Virus record (IMG/VR): IMGVR_UViG_3300016472_000123
Span: 1 to 25,245 of that record
Length of the DNA stretch: 25,245 nt
Strand: one strand, 5' to 3'
Source of the DNA: a virus
Taxonomy: Duplodnaviria; Caudoviricetes
In this document: piece by piece, positions 17,337 to 25,167 of the stretch
How the letters are laid out: each line of letters starts with the position of its first letter
Numbering within the stretch: the first letter of the stretch is position 1
Made by a program: the position numbers and the translations under genes
Notes under the pieces: model-generated
The model's database searches: none
Told to the model about the DNA's origin: nothing
The model's input: only the letters and a program-made list of their open reading frames with translations

Positions 17337-17587
17337 TCGTCCACCTCCTCCTTACTCCACAGCACGGTGTAGTTTTGGCCCAGCCGGCGCATGTCGTCGG
17401 CGAACACCTTCTGGAGTTCCGACAACCGGCCGCCCTGTGTTTTGAGTTCGATGAACCACGTCTGGCCGGGCAGGCAGACGATGCGGTCGGCGACGCCCCG
17501 GTGGGACAGGCTGGCGAACTTGTACGCCACCCCGCCCGCGGCCCGGACGCGCTTGACCAGGTACTGCTCGACGACGGCCTCACTCAT
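17312..17587 (-). CDS. VRR-NUC domain endonuclease
   Basis: E..VE..L, GVADRI, FIELK..GRLSELQ motifs; adjacent to helicase. Confidence 0.88.
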   Translation of the reverse strand: MSEAVVEQYLVKRVRAAGGVAYKFASLSHRGVADRIVCLPGQTWFIELKTQGGRLSELQKVFADDMRRLGQNYTVLWSKEEVDEWLLDNIK

Positions 17588-17738
17588 CGTCGCGTTTCTT
17601 CGGGCCGTTGGCCGGGTGCAGTAGCCACTGCTCGCCCAGCCAGTCCAGCGCCGCGCGGCGCTTTTCGTCTAAGTCCGGCGTTTCGTTAAGAATTGGCGCC
17701 TTGAACAGCAACGCCTCAATGAACTCGTTATCGGTCAT
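17580..17738 (-). CDS. Small hypothetical protein (52 aa; not in the ORF track)
   Basis: MTDNEFIEALLFKAPILNETPDLDEKRRAALDWLGEQWLLHPANGPKKRDDE; ATGA overlap upstream, 8-nt overlap with VRR-NUC start. Confidence 0.7.
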   Translation of the reverse strand: MTDNEFIEALLFKAPILNETPDLDEKRRAALDWLGEQWLLHPANGPKKRDDE

Positions 17739-17989
17739 TCCTGCCCCCTTGCGCGGATTGCGGCGGCGGCATTGCGCAGTGTTTGCGCTCCGTCTTCGTG
17801 AAGCACCATTTGGTATTCCACGCAGTGAATGTCAGTATCTTCGCACACCCGCGCGCATGCTTCTCTTTCGGCGGCGGCGATGAGAGCGGCGAAGCGTTCA
17901 ACCTCAACCATGTTGCCCGCCGGATGCGGATAGGAAACCTCAAACACCCCGGCCTCCCTCGCCATGCGGATAATTTCTTCCTTAGTCAT
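17735..17989 (-). CDS. Small hypothetical protein of AAAEREA type (84 aa)
   Basis: MTKEEIIRMAREAG...FAALIAAAEREACARVC...AAAIRARGQE; ATG 17989 in an ATGA overlap behind AAGGGGG. Confidence 0.75.
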   Translation of the reverse strand: MTKEEIIRMAREAGVFEVSYPHPAGNMVEVERFAALIAAAEREACARVCEDTDIHCVEYQMVLHEDGAQTLRNAAAAIRARGQE

Positions 17990-18483
17990 CGTTCCCCCTT
18001 GCGCCGGTCTTCGCACGAATAGTCGCAGCGCGTGCATGGGCACCGCTCGCCCTCGTCCAGCCGGTCTTCGGCCAGCGCCTCCCTCTCGGCTGCGGCGACG
18101 AGTTCGCACAAACGCCAAACCGCTTCGCCGATCACCGTAATTCCAGCCGACTCGGCTAGCCGGATGATTTCTTCGCGGTTCATTTCCCCACCTCTCTGCC
18201 AGTTCGACAGCCCCGTGCGCTCCACCATCTGCGCCAGCCCGGGCACCTCAGTTGACGCCCGGCCGCCACGGTCGTCGTCGGTTTCCATCGTCGTCGGCGG
18301 GAGCGCCGCCCGCGCCGGCTGCGGGCCGTCCAAGTTCCACCGGACGCGCCAGGCGCGGCGGGCCAGCCCCTTCGCCTCCAGCCGGGCGGCCAGCGCCATC
18401 GCGGCGCGGTACTCCTGCGCGCTACAAAAGTGCAGCCGGTGCGACGCATCGCCCGGCAACGGACCATCGTGTGGGTCATTCAT
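17986..18483 (-). CDS. Hypothetical protein (165 aa) with a likely internal start at 18183 giving a 65-aa AAAEREA paralogue
   Basis: GC3-rich frame from MNDPHDG runs without stop into MNREEIIRLAESAG...VAAAEREA; GAGGTGGGG precedes ATG 18183. Confidence 0.6.
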   Translation of the reverse strand: MNDPHDGPLPGDASHRLHFCSAQEYRAAMALAARLEAKGLARRAWRVRWNLDGPQPARAALPPTTMETDDDRGGRASTEVPGLAQMVERTGLSNWQRGGEMNREEIIRLAESAGITVIGEAVWRLCELVAAAEREALAEDRLDEGERCPCTRCDYSCEDRRKGER

Positions 18484-18682
18484 AGGGGTCCTCCCAGCGG
18501 TCATCCTCAGGCAGCACGTCCAGCGCGGTGTCCCACGCATCGTGCAAATCTCCGCCCAGCATGTGACGGTGCCATTCAATGAAAGGAAGGCGCTGCTCAT
18601 CAGTCAGCGCCCGAAATTCCGCCATCGTAGTCACCTTCATGTTGGCCAGAAGGCGGCGGATCAACACATGCTCAAACCTCAT
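18476..18682 (-). CDS. Small hypothetical protein (68 aa)
   Basis: Overlaps neighbours at both ends; GAGG upstream. Confidence 0.65.
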   Translation of the reverse strand: MRFEHVLIRRLLANMKVTTMAEFRALTDEQRLPFIEWHRHMLGGDLHDAWDTALDVLPEDDRWEDPYE

Positions 18683-18863
18683 CCTGGCCTCTCCGGATGA
18701 ACGAATCTAGCGCCACATGCGAGCGCACGGCCTCGCGGGCCGCGCGCAGGAACGCCTCGCCGTCGGTGAACAGCAGCCGCATCAGGTCGTCGTCCAGATG
18801 CTGCGCCAACTCCTCACCCGCCTCGGTCGGGTAGCTCTCAATAAACTCCAAAATGTCTTTCAT
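18672..18863 (-). CDS. Small acidic hypothetical protein (63 aa), first gene of leftward operon
   Basis: SD GGAG 5 nt before ATG, preceded by a CAA-repeat leader. Confidence 0.7.
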   Translation of the reverse strand: MKDILEFIESYPTEAGEELAQHLDDDLMRLLFTDGEAFLRAAREAVRSHVALDSFIRRGQDEV

Positions 18864-18893
18864 GGTCGCTCCGGTTGTTGTTGTTGCAGGCCA

Positions 18894-18924
18894 ATCGTAA
18901 ATCTTACGCTGGGGGGCTTGTCAA
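18894..18924 (-). promoter_or_regulatory. Putative leftward sigma70-like promoter
   Basis: Perfect TTGACA (18924-18919), 19-nt spacer, TACGAT (18899-18894). Confidence 0.6.
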
Positions 18925-18947
18925 TTGGTTTATGATTCTCGTACAGT
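18918..18947 (+). promoter_or_regulatory. Putative rightward sigma70-like promoter
   Basis: TTGTCA (18918-18923), 18-nt spacer, TACAGT (18942-18947). Confidence 0.6.
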
Positions 18948-18977
18948 GCGCCTGCAATCAATCAAGTGGAGTTCACG

Positions 18978-20105
18978 ATGCAACACAGTTCAGTAGTCGG
19001 CGGGTCAACCGCCAAACGCGTAATCAACTGCCCGGCCAGCGTCAAGCTGGTCGCGTCCGTCCCGCCCGCGCCGTCGTCCAAATATGCTGACGAAGGCACC
19101 CTCTTGCACAACGCTATAACCGAGTGTTTGGAGAGCGGCTGCACGCCGATGTCGCTGGTCGGTGCCGAGTACAACGGCATCGCGCTGACCGAGGACTTGG
19201 TCGAACGCAAGCTGGCGCCTGCTCTGGCGCTGCTGGACGACCTTGACCCGTTCAAGGACGGCGAGTTCGTTTGCGAGGCCAAGGTAGACTTTGGCGATTT
19301 CATCCCCGGCGCGTTTGGGTCTTGCGACCTGCTGCTGCGCGTCGGCAAGTCGGCCTACGTCATTGACTGGAAATTCGGCGACGGCGTGCCGGTTGAGGCC
19401 ATCGACAACGAACAGTTACTGTTCTACGCCGCGGCTGCGCTGCGCGGCGATCATACCCGCTGGGTCTTTGAAGGCGCCCAAACCATTCAACTAGTCATCA
19501 TCCAGCCCCCGTCGCTGAAACGCTGGGAGGTCAGCGTGCCGCAGTTGATGCGGTTCGCGGCGCGCCTGCGCGATGCGGTCAAGATGAGCGAACGGCCGGA
19601 CGCCTGGACTAAGGCCGGCGACTGGTGCCGCTTCTGCCCTGCGAAGGCCATCTGCCCGCAGATGACCGGCGCCGCCGACCGGGCGCTCAAGGTGCAGATC
19701 GACGCGCTCGACGCGCGGCAGTTGGGCGCGCACCTGCGCATGGCCGACATGCTGGAGGACTGGATTAAGGCCGTGCGCGAAATGTCTTTACAGACCTTGG
19801 AGGCCGGTGGTACGGTGCCGGGGTACAAGCTGGTCGCGAAGCGCGCGACCCGCCAGTGGACGGACGAGGCGGCGGCTGTTGCCGCCCTGACCGCCGCTGG
19901 TGTCGATGAATCTGATCTGATGGTGACTGAGTTGAAGTCGCCGGCGCAGGTGGAGAAAGTCTTGAAGAAGACCAAGACCGCCATGCCCGACGGCCTCATC
20001 ACCGCCATCAGTTCCGGTCACACGTTGGCGCCGGAGGATGACCCTCGGCCCGCCGTGTTGCAAATCGGGCAGCAGTTGACTGCGGCCCTCACTAAACTGC
20101 AATAG
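18978..20105 (+). CDS. Cas4-like PD-(D/E)XK exonuclease (DUF2800-like)
   Basis: ATG 18978 behind GGAG; HS..GGS.A.R...CP, EGT.LH, FGSCD, IDWKFG, QL..YA, CRFCP....CP (1+3 Cys). Confidence 0.85.
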   Translation: MQHSSVVGGSTAKRVINCPASVKLVASVPPAPSSKYADEGTLLHNAITECLESGCTPMSLVGAEYNGIALTEDLVERKLAPALALLDDLDPFKDGEFVCEAKVDFGDFIPGAFGSCDLLLRVGKSAYVIDWKFGDGVPVEAIDNEQLLFYAAAALRGDHTRWVFEGAQTIQLVIIQPPSLKRWEVSVPQLMRFAARLRDAVKMSERPDAWTKAGDWCRFCPAKAICPQMTGAADRALKVQIDALDARQLGAHLRMADMLEDWIKAVREMSLQTLEAGGTVPGYKLVAKRATRQWTDEAAAVAALTAAGVDESDLMVTELKSPAQVEKVLKKTKTAMPDGLITAISSGHTLAPEDDPRPAVLQIGQQLTAALTKLQ

Positions 20106-20117
20106 TAGGAGACAGTA

Positions 20118-20744
20118 ATGTCCAATCTCGTGAAATTCGCAGGCGCTGGCCTGCCGTCCGTCAAGTCGCTCAGCACCACCCTCAAGTCCATCGACGCCGG
20201 CGTCGCCGGTCTGGACGGCGCGGCCATCCTCAAGATGGACAAGACCGGTCACTGGGTGTTCGGTGCCGACCAGACCGAGGTCGAGTCTGACTCGACCTGG
20301 GCGGTCAACCCGTTCTCGTTCCTGCACGGCTTCATCGCCTGGGGCGCGGGCCAGCCGCTGGGCGAGTCGATGGTGCCGGTGTCGGAACCGTTGCCGGACG
20401 TCGGCCCGGCGCCGGCTGGAGCAGAGCGCGGCTGGGAGAAGCAGATTGGCTTCTCCCTTCAGTGCCTGACCGGCGCTGACGCCGGGCTTGAGTGCCGGTA
20501 CAGCGTGACGTCGGTCGGCGGCAAGAAAGCCGTGCAGGAGTTGGCCATCGCGATTGCCCATCAGGTGGACAAAGACCAGACCAAGCCGGTGCCGGTCGTG
20601 GCCTTGAAGAAAGACCACTACCAGCACAAGTCGTACGGCCGGGTGTTCACGCCGGTCTTTGAGGTCGTCAGTTGGATGTCGCTGGAAGGCCCGGAACCGG
20701 AGACCGCCCCGGTCGCCGACAACGGCCGGCGTCGCCGCAGCTAA
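20118..20744 (+). CDS. Probable ssDNA-binding/replication accessory protein
   Basis: SD AGGAG; lies between exonuclease and PolA; aromatic-rich beta core; call rests mainly on synteny. Confidence 0.55.
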   Translation: MSNLVKFAGAGLPSVKSLSTTLKSIDAGVAGLDGAAILKMDKTGHWVFGADQTEVESDSTWAVNPFSFLHGFIAWGAGQPLGESMVPVSEPLPDVGPAPAGAERGWEKQIGFSLQCLTGADAGLECRYSVTSVGGKKAVQELAIAIAHQVDKDQTKPVPVVALKKDHYQHKSYGRVFTPVFEVVSWMSLEGPEPETAPVADNGRRRRS

Positions 20745-20763
20745 CCACCCAACCTGATGGAGA

Positions 20764-20789
20764 GCGGGGCCGAAAGGCCCCGTTTTTTT
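20764..20789 (+). terminator. Rho-independent terminator immediately before polA start
   Basis: GCGGGGCC-GAAA-GGCCCCGT with a run of 7 T. Confidence 0.85.
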
Positions 20790-20791
20790 CT

Positions 20792-22711
20792 ATGCTATTC
20801 CTAGACTTTGAGACCCGTAGCGAGTGCGACCTGTCCACCGCCGGCGTCTACAACTACGCCATGCACCGCTCGACCGAGGTGCTGTGCATGTGCTACGCCT
20901 TCGACGGCGGCGACGTCCTGACGTGGACGCCCGACCAGCCGTTCCCGCAGGACGTGTTCCGCCACCAGGGGCCCATCTACGCGCACAACGCGACCTTTGA
21001 GCGGCTCATCCTGTGGTACGTCCTCCAGACCGACCACAAGCTGGAGCAGTTCGTCTGCACGGCCGCGCAGGCCCGGGCCAACTGCGCGCCTGGCAGCCTT
21101 GAGGACATCGGGCGCTTCAGCGGCGCTGGGATGCGGAAAGACCACTCAGGCGCCGCGCTCATCAGGAAGTGCTGTGTGCCGCCGTTCAAGCACACCGCCG
21201 ACGACCTCACCGCGCTGTTCGCGTACTGCGCGCAGGACGTCCGGGCCATGCGCGACGTCAGCCAGCGCCTGCGCCCGCTGTCGGCCACCGAGTTGGCCGA
21301 CTACCACGCTAACGAGCGGATTAACGACCGGGGCGTTCTGATCGACGTCGCGCTGGCCCGCGCGGCCACGCAGTACTCGGCCGAGGAAGCTAACGACATC
21401 CAGAACACGGTCTGGGAGATCACGAAGGGCATGGTGACCTCGGTGCGCTCGCCGGTCATGCGCGAATGGGTGCTTGACCGCCTGACGCCCGAGCAGCTCA
21501 CGCTGACCGAGGTCAATGGCAAGGCCAGCATCGACAAGTCCGTCCGGGCTAACCTGCTGGCCTGCGACGACCTTGACCCGGACGTCCGCGAGGTCGTGCA
21601 GTGCGCCGACGACATCTGGTCGTCTAGCGTCGCGAAGTTCGCCCGGCTGGCGTCGCTGGCCGATGAGGAGGACAACCGCCTGCGCGGTGCGTTTGTGTTC
21701 TCTGGCGGCGCCGCCACGGGCCGCGCGGCGAGCTACGGGGCGCAGGTACATAACCTGCCCCGCAAGACCGCTAAAGACCCCGTGACGCTGCGACAGGCCA
21801 TCGTGCGCGGCCACAAGCTTGACGGCCGGGTGTCGGACGCGCTCAAGTCTATGCTGCGGCCGGCGCTCATCGCCCAGCCGGGCTACGTTTTCGTGACCGC
21901 CGACTGGTCTGCCATTGAAGGCCGGGTCAACCCGTGGCTGGCGCAGTCGCCGGCCGGCGAGGCTAAGTTGGACGTTTACCGTTCCGGCCGCGACCCGTAC
22001 ATCGTCAATGCCGTCGCGACCTTTGGCGGTCACTACAATGACGTCGCCAAGCAGGTCGAATGGGAGTCGCCCGAGGCGCTCCAGATGCGCCAGGTGGGCA
22101 AGGTGCAGGAACTCGCGCTGGCGTTCGGCGGCGGTCAGGGCGCGTTCGCCGCGATGGCGAGAGGCTACGGCGTGACGGTGAGCAACCCGAAGCAGATCGT
22201 GGCCGGCTGGCGCAAGGCCAACCCTTGGGCGCCCGTCTTTTGGTCGCAGCTTGAGGACGCTTATTTGAGCGCGATGCGCCGCCCGGGGCGGGAGTTCAGC
22301 GCGGGGCGCATCACCTATCTATTCGACAGACTACACTTGTGGTACATCCTGCCGTCCGGGCGGGTGCTGTGTTACCCGTTTGCCAAGCTGACCGACGACG
22401 GTCTAACCTACGCTAAGGCATCATGGAAGCCCAAGGCAGACGCGACGGAATGGCCCCGTGCCCGGCTTTGGTCAGGGCTCGCGTGCGAAAATGTGGTGCA
22501 GGCGACCGCGCACGATCTGCTACGCGATGCACTGCGAGTGTTGGATGATGTTGTCCTGCACGTTCATGACGAAATCGTCCTTGAAGTGCCCGAGTACAAG
22601 GCCGAGGCCGCCGCCCGGCGGCTGGAAGACGTCATGCAGACCCCGCCCGCCTGGGCCGCAGGGCTGCCGCTAGTCGCAAAGGCAAAGACGCTGTTGCGGT
22701 TCGGCAAGTAG
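20792..22711 (+). CDS. Family A DNA polymerase with 3'-5' exonuclease domain
   Basis: FLDFET, AHNATFE, YCAQDV (Exo I-III); ADWSAIEGR (motif A), RQVGKVQELALAFG (motif B), HVHDEIV (motif C); ATG 20792 preferred over TTG 20672. Confidence 0.93.
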   Translation: MLFLDFETRSECDLSTAGVYNYAMHRSTEVLCMCYAFDGGDVLTWTPDQPFPQDVFRHQGPIYAHNATFERLILWYVLQTDHKLEQFVCTAAQARANCAPGSLEDIGRFSGAGMRKDHSGAALIRKCCVPPFKHTADDLTALFAYCAQDVRAMRDVSQRLRPLSATELADYHANERINDRGVLIDVALARAATQYSAEEANDIQNTVWEITKGMVTSVRSPVMREWVLDRLTPEQLTLTEVNGKASIDKSVRANLLACDDLDPDVREVVQCADDIWSSSVAKFARLASLADEEDNRLRGAFVFSGGAATGRAASYGAQVHNLPRKTAKDPVTLRQAIVRGHKLDGRVSDALKSMLRPALIAQPGYVFVTADWSAIEGRVNPWLAQSPAGEAKLDVYRSGRDPYIVNAVATFGGHYNDVAKQVEWESPEALQMRQVGKVQELALAFGGGQGAFAAMARGYGVTVSNPKQIVAGWRKANPWAPVFWSQLEDAYLSAMRRPGREFSAGRITYLFDRLHLWYILPSGRVLCYPFAKLTDDGLTYAKASWKPKADATEWPRARLWSGLACENVVQATAHDLLRDALRVLDDVVLHVHDEIVLEVPEYKAEAAARRLEDVMQTPPAWAAGLPLVAKAKTLLRFGK

Positions 22712-22712
22712 C

Positions 22713-22744
22713 AAAAAAAAGCCCCGGCGGGTAAGGCCGGGGCT
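22713..22744 (-). terminator. Minus-strand intrinsic terminator between polA and primase
   Basis: A8 then GCCCCGGC-GGGTAAG-GCCGGGGCT; U-tract only on the minus strand. Confidence 0.7.
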
Positions 22745-22770
22745 AATTAACCAACAGGAAGAGCGAACAA

Positions 22771-25083
22771 ATGGATAGTACGACATTCGTTAACTGGTAC
22801 GCAAATCTTGCCCCCGAAGGCGAGACTGCATTGATCGTCAGGCAGAAGCCCGTGCGCCCGCCGGCATTCCACGCCGACGGCAGCCCGAAATGCAGCTTTA
22901 TCGCGATGCTGCCCGGCGCGCGCATCGACCCGTCATGGGCGGTGTACGGCAACACCGGCAGTTTCATCGTTGATCGATTTCCAGACGGGCGCCCGGTGGC
23001 GCAGGCCCGCTGCGTCGAGTTCCCGCTGGTGCTGGCGCTGGACGATGTCGGCACAAAGTCTAAGGTGCCGCCGATTGCGCCGAGCTGGATCATGGAAACG
23101 TCGCCCGGCAACTTCCAGTACGGCTACGCCTTCGCTGAGGACGGCGTGCCGACCGCGGCGCAGTTCGTGGCGCTGGTGCGTCGGCTGGCCGAGCTTGGGT
23201 TCACCGATCCCGGCGCCGGCGGTCTGGTAAGAAACTTCCGGCTGCCGGGTTCGATCAATCTTAAGCGCGACGGCTTCGCCGCCCGGCTGGTCGAGTTCCA
23301 CCCCGACCGCCAGTTCACCTATTTGCAATTGTGCGACGCCTTTGGCGTTATGGCCGAATCGCCCGACGCCGACACGCGCGCCTGGTCGCCGGCCGCCGGC
23401 CTTGCCGACGACGGTGCCGACGACGTCTGGTCGTGGTTGCTGGCGCAGGGGCTGGTGCTGGGGCGCCCGAATGCCAGCGGTTGGGCGCCGGTCGTCTGCC
23501 CGAATGCCGCCGAGCATTCCGACAGCAACCCCGAGGCCCGCTACGCGCCTGCCAGCCGGTCGTTCTGCTGCTACCACGGGCATTGTGTGGAGTTGGACTC
23601 GCGGGCGTTTCTGGACTGGGTGGCCGCGCGCGGAGGCCCAAAACGTGAGCCCGGGCTGCGCGAGGAACTGCTGGCCGCGACGATGGCCGCGGCGCTGGAC
23701 AAGTTACCGACCGGATCTGTCGCCGAAGCCGAAGCCGCCGAGGTGCTGGCCGCCGTGCGAGCCCGAGAGCATCAGCGGCTGGAGGCGGATGATCTGCACA
23801 AGCATTGGGCCTACGTTGTGTCAGACGACGGCTACTTCAACGTGGACGACCGCACCGAAGTGACCCGGCGCGGGTTCAACGCGCTCTACGCTCACATCGC
23901 GTTCCGCAGCCCGCACGGCAAGGGCAATCTGATCCAAGCCTCGCAGTGGTTCGACGCGTGGCGGGCGCCGAAGGGCGGGCGCGCTTTGGCCGCCATCACC
24001 TACGCGCCCGGCCTGCCGGCGCTGGTCGAGCGTGACGGCGGGGAGGTCTGCGGCAACCGCTGGGTAGACGCCCGCCCGGGGCGCCCTGCGACCGCGCAGA
24101 GCGCCGCCCTATGGCTGGCGCACCTTGAGGCTCTGCTGCCCGACGCGGCCGAGCGTGAGGCGCTGCTGGACGTTCTGGCGTTCAAGCTCCAGCGGCCGGA
24201 CACCAAGGTCAATCACGGCGTGCTGCTGGCGGGGCACGCCGGGTGCGGGAAGGACTCGCTGATCGCGCCGTTCCTGCGGGCCGTCTGCGGGCCGTTCCAG
24301 CGCAATCGTGGGCTGGTGCAGGGGGATGAGTTGAACTCCGCGTGGGGCTACCATCTGGAATGCGAGGTGCTGGTGCTGAACGAACTGCGCGACTCCGACG
24401 CCGGTGCCAGGCGCGCGCTTGCCAACAAATTGAAGCCGCTGCTGGCCGCGCCGCCCGAATACCTTAGCGTGAACCGAAAGGGCTTGCGCCCCTACGATGC
24501 GCTCAACCGACTGCTGGTCGTGGCTTATTCGAACGAACAGGTGCCGCTTGTGCTGGATTCCAGCGACCGGCGCTGGCTGGTGCTGAAGTGCGTCGGGGGG
24601 CGGATGGATCCGGCCGACGCCGAACTGCTGTGGTCATGGTATGCGAACGGCGGATACGAGGCGGTGTCCGAATACCTGTACGCGCGGGATGTCAGCCGGT
24701 TCAACCCGGGCGCCGCGCCGATTCGCACCAGGTATTGGGAGACGCTGGTGTCCGACGGCCGCAGCCCGGCCGAGGAACTGCTGATTGACATGATCGAGAA
24801 CCGCGTCGGCGAGTTTGCCGCGGGCGTCATTGCGTCGCCGTTCAGCGCGCTTTGCTCACGCATACAGGCCGGCAACCTGTCCGGCATCCGAATACCGAAG
24901 GCGGCGTTACTGCACGCGCTGGCCGAGTGTGGCTGGCTGGACTGCGGGCTGGTGTCGTCGCGCGAATATCCGACCAAAAAGCAATTGTACTGCGCGCCGC
25001 AACTGGCTAGCTACAGCAAGTCGGATCTGCGCCGAATGACCGAAACAGATCCGGCGCCCGGGCTGCGGGCGGTGACGGGATAA
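22771..25083 (+). CDS. Primase-helicase: RepB-type primase, Cys/His Zn-binding motif, SF3-like NTPase (DUF5906-like)
   Basis: LALDDVG, METSPGNFQ, RLPGSIN.K; CPN..EHS..FCCYHGHC; GHAGCGKD (Walker A), LVLNE, SN, DRRW. Confidence 0.85.
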   Translation: MDSTTFVNWYANLAPEGETALIVRQKPVRPPAFHADGSPKCSFIAMLPGARIDPSWAVYGNTGSFIVDRFPDGRPVAQARCVEFPLVLALDDVGTKSKVPPIAPSWIMETSPGNFQYGYAFAEDGVPTAAQFVALVRRLAELGFTDPGAGGLVRNFRLPGSINLKRDGFAARLVEFHPDRQFTYLQLCDAFGVMAESPDADTRAWSPAAGLADDGADDVWSWLLAQGLVLGRPNASGWAPVVCPNAAEHSDSNPEARYAPASRSFCCYHGHCVELDSRAFLDWVAARGGPKREPGLREELLAATMAAALDKLPTGSVAEAEAAEVLAAVRAREHQRLEADDLHKHWAYVVSDDGYFNVDDRTEVTRRGFNALYAHIAFRSPHGKGNLIQASQWFDAWRAPKGGRALAAITYAPGLPALVERDGGEVCGNRWVDARPGRPATAQSAALWLAHLEALLPDAAEREALLDVLAFKLQRPDTKVNHGVLLAGHAGCGKDSLIAPFLRAVCGPFQRNRGLVQGDELNSAWGYHLECEVLVLNELRDSDAGARRALANKLKPLLAAPPEYLSVNRKGLRPYDALNRLLVVAYSNEQVPLVLDSSDRRWLVLKCVGGRMDPADAELLWSWYANGGYEAVSEYLYARDVSRFNPGAAPIRTRYWETLVSDGRSPAEELLIDMIENRVGEFAAGVIASPFSALCSRIQAGNLSGIRIPKAALLHALAECGWLDCGLVSSREYPTKKQLYCAPQLASYSKSDLRRMTETDPAPGLRAVTG

Positions 25084-25107
25084 AAAAAGGGGCCCGCAGG
25101 GGCCCCT
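25082..25107 (-). terminator. Minus-strand intrinsic terminator at the end of the primase gene
   Basis: A7 then GGGGCCC-GCAG-GGGCCCCT. Confidence 0.7.
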
Positions 25108-25167
25108 AGTTCACCGGCCAATGTCGGCCGCGCTAACCGCGTGCTCATGCCGCCAACTCCGCTAGTC

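Noticed and set aside
20663-20792. SSB-polymerase fusion by -1 frameshift, or the longer TTG start
   Set aside because: No slippery heptamer in the overlap; the extension is low-complexity and spans a terminator; the Exo I motif begins right after ATG 20792
19487-24977. Long antisense and alternative-frame ORFs (e.g. 19788-20627, 21146-22033, 22933-23583)
   Set aside because: Expected shadows of high-GC3 genes; no motifs or RBS support
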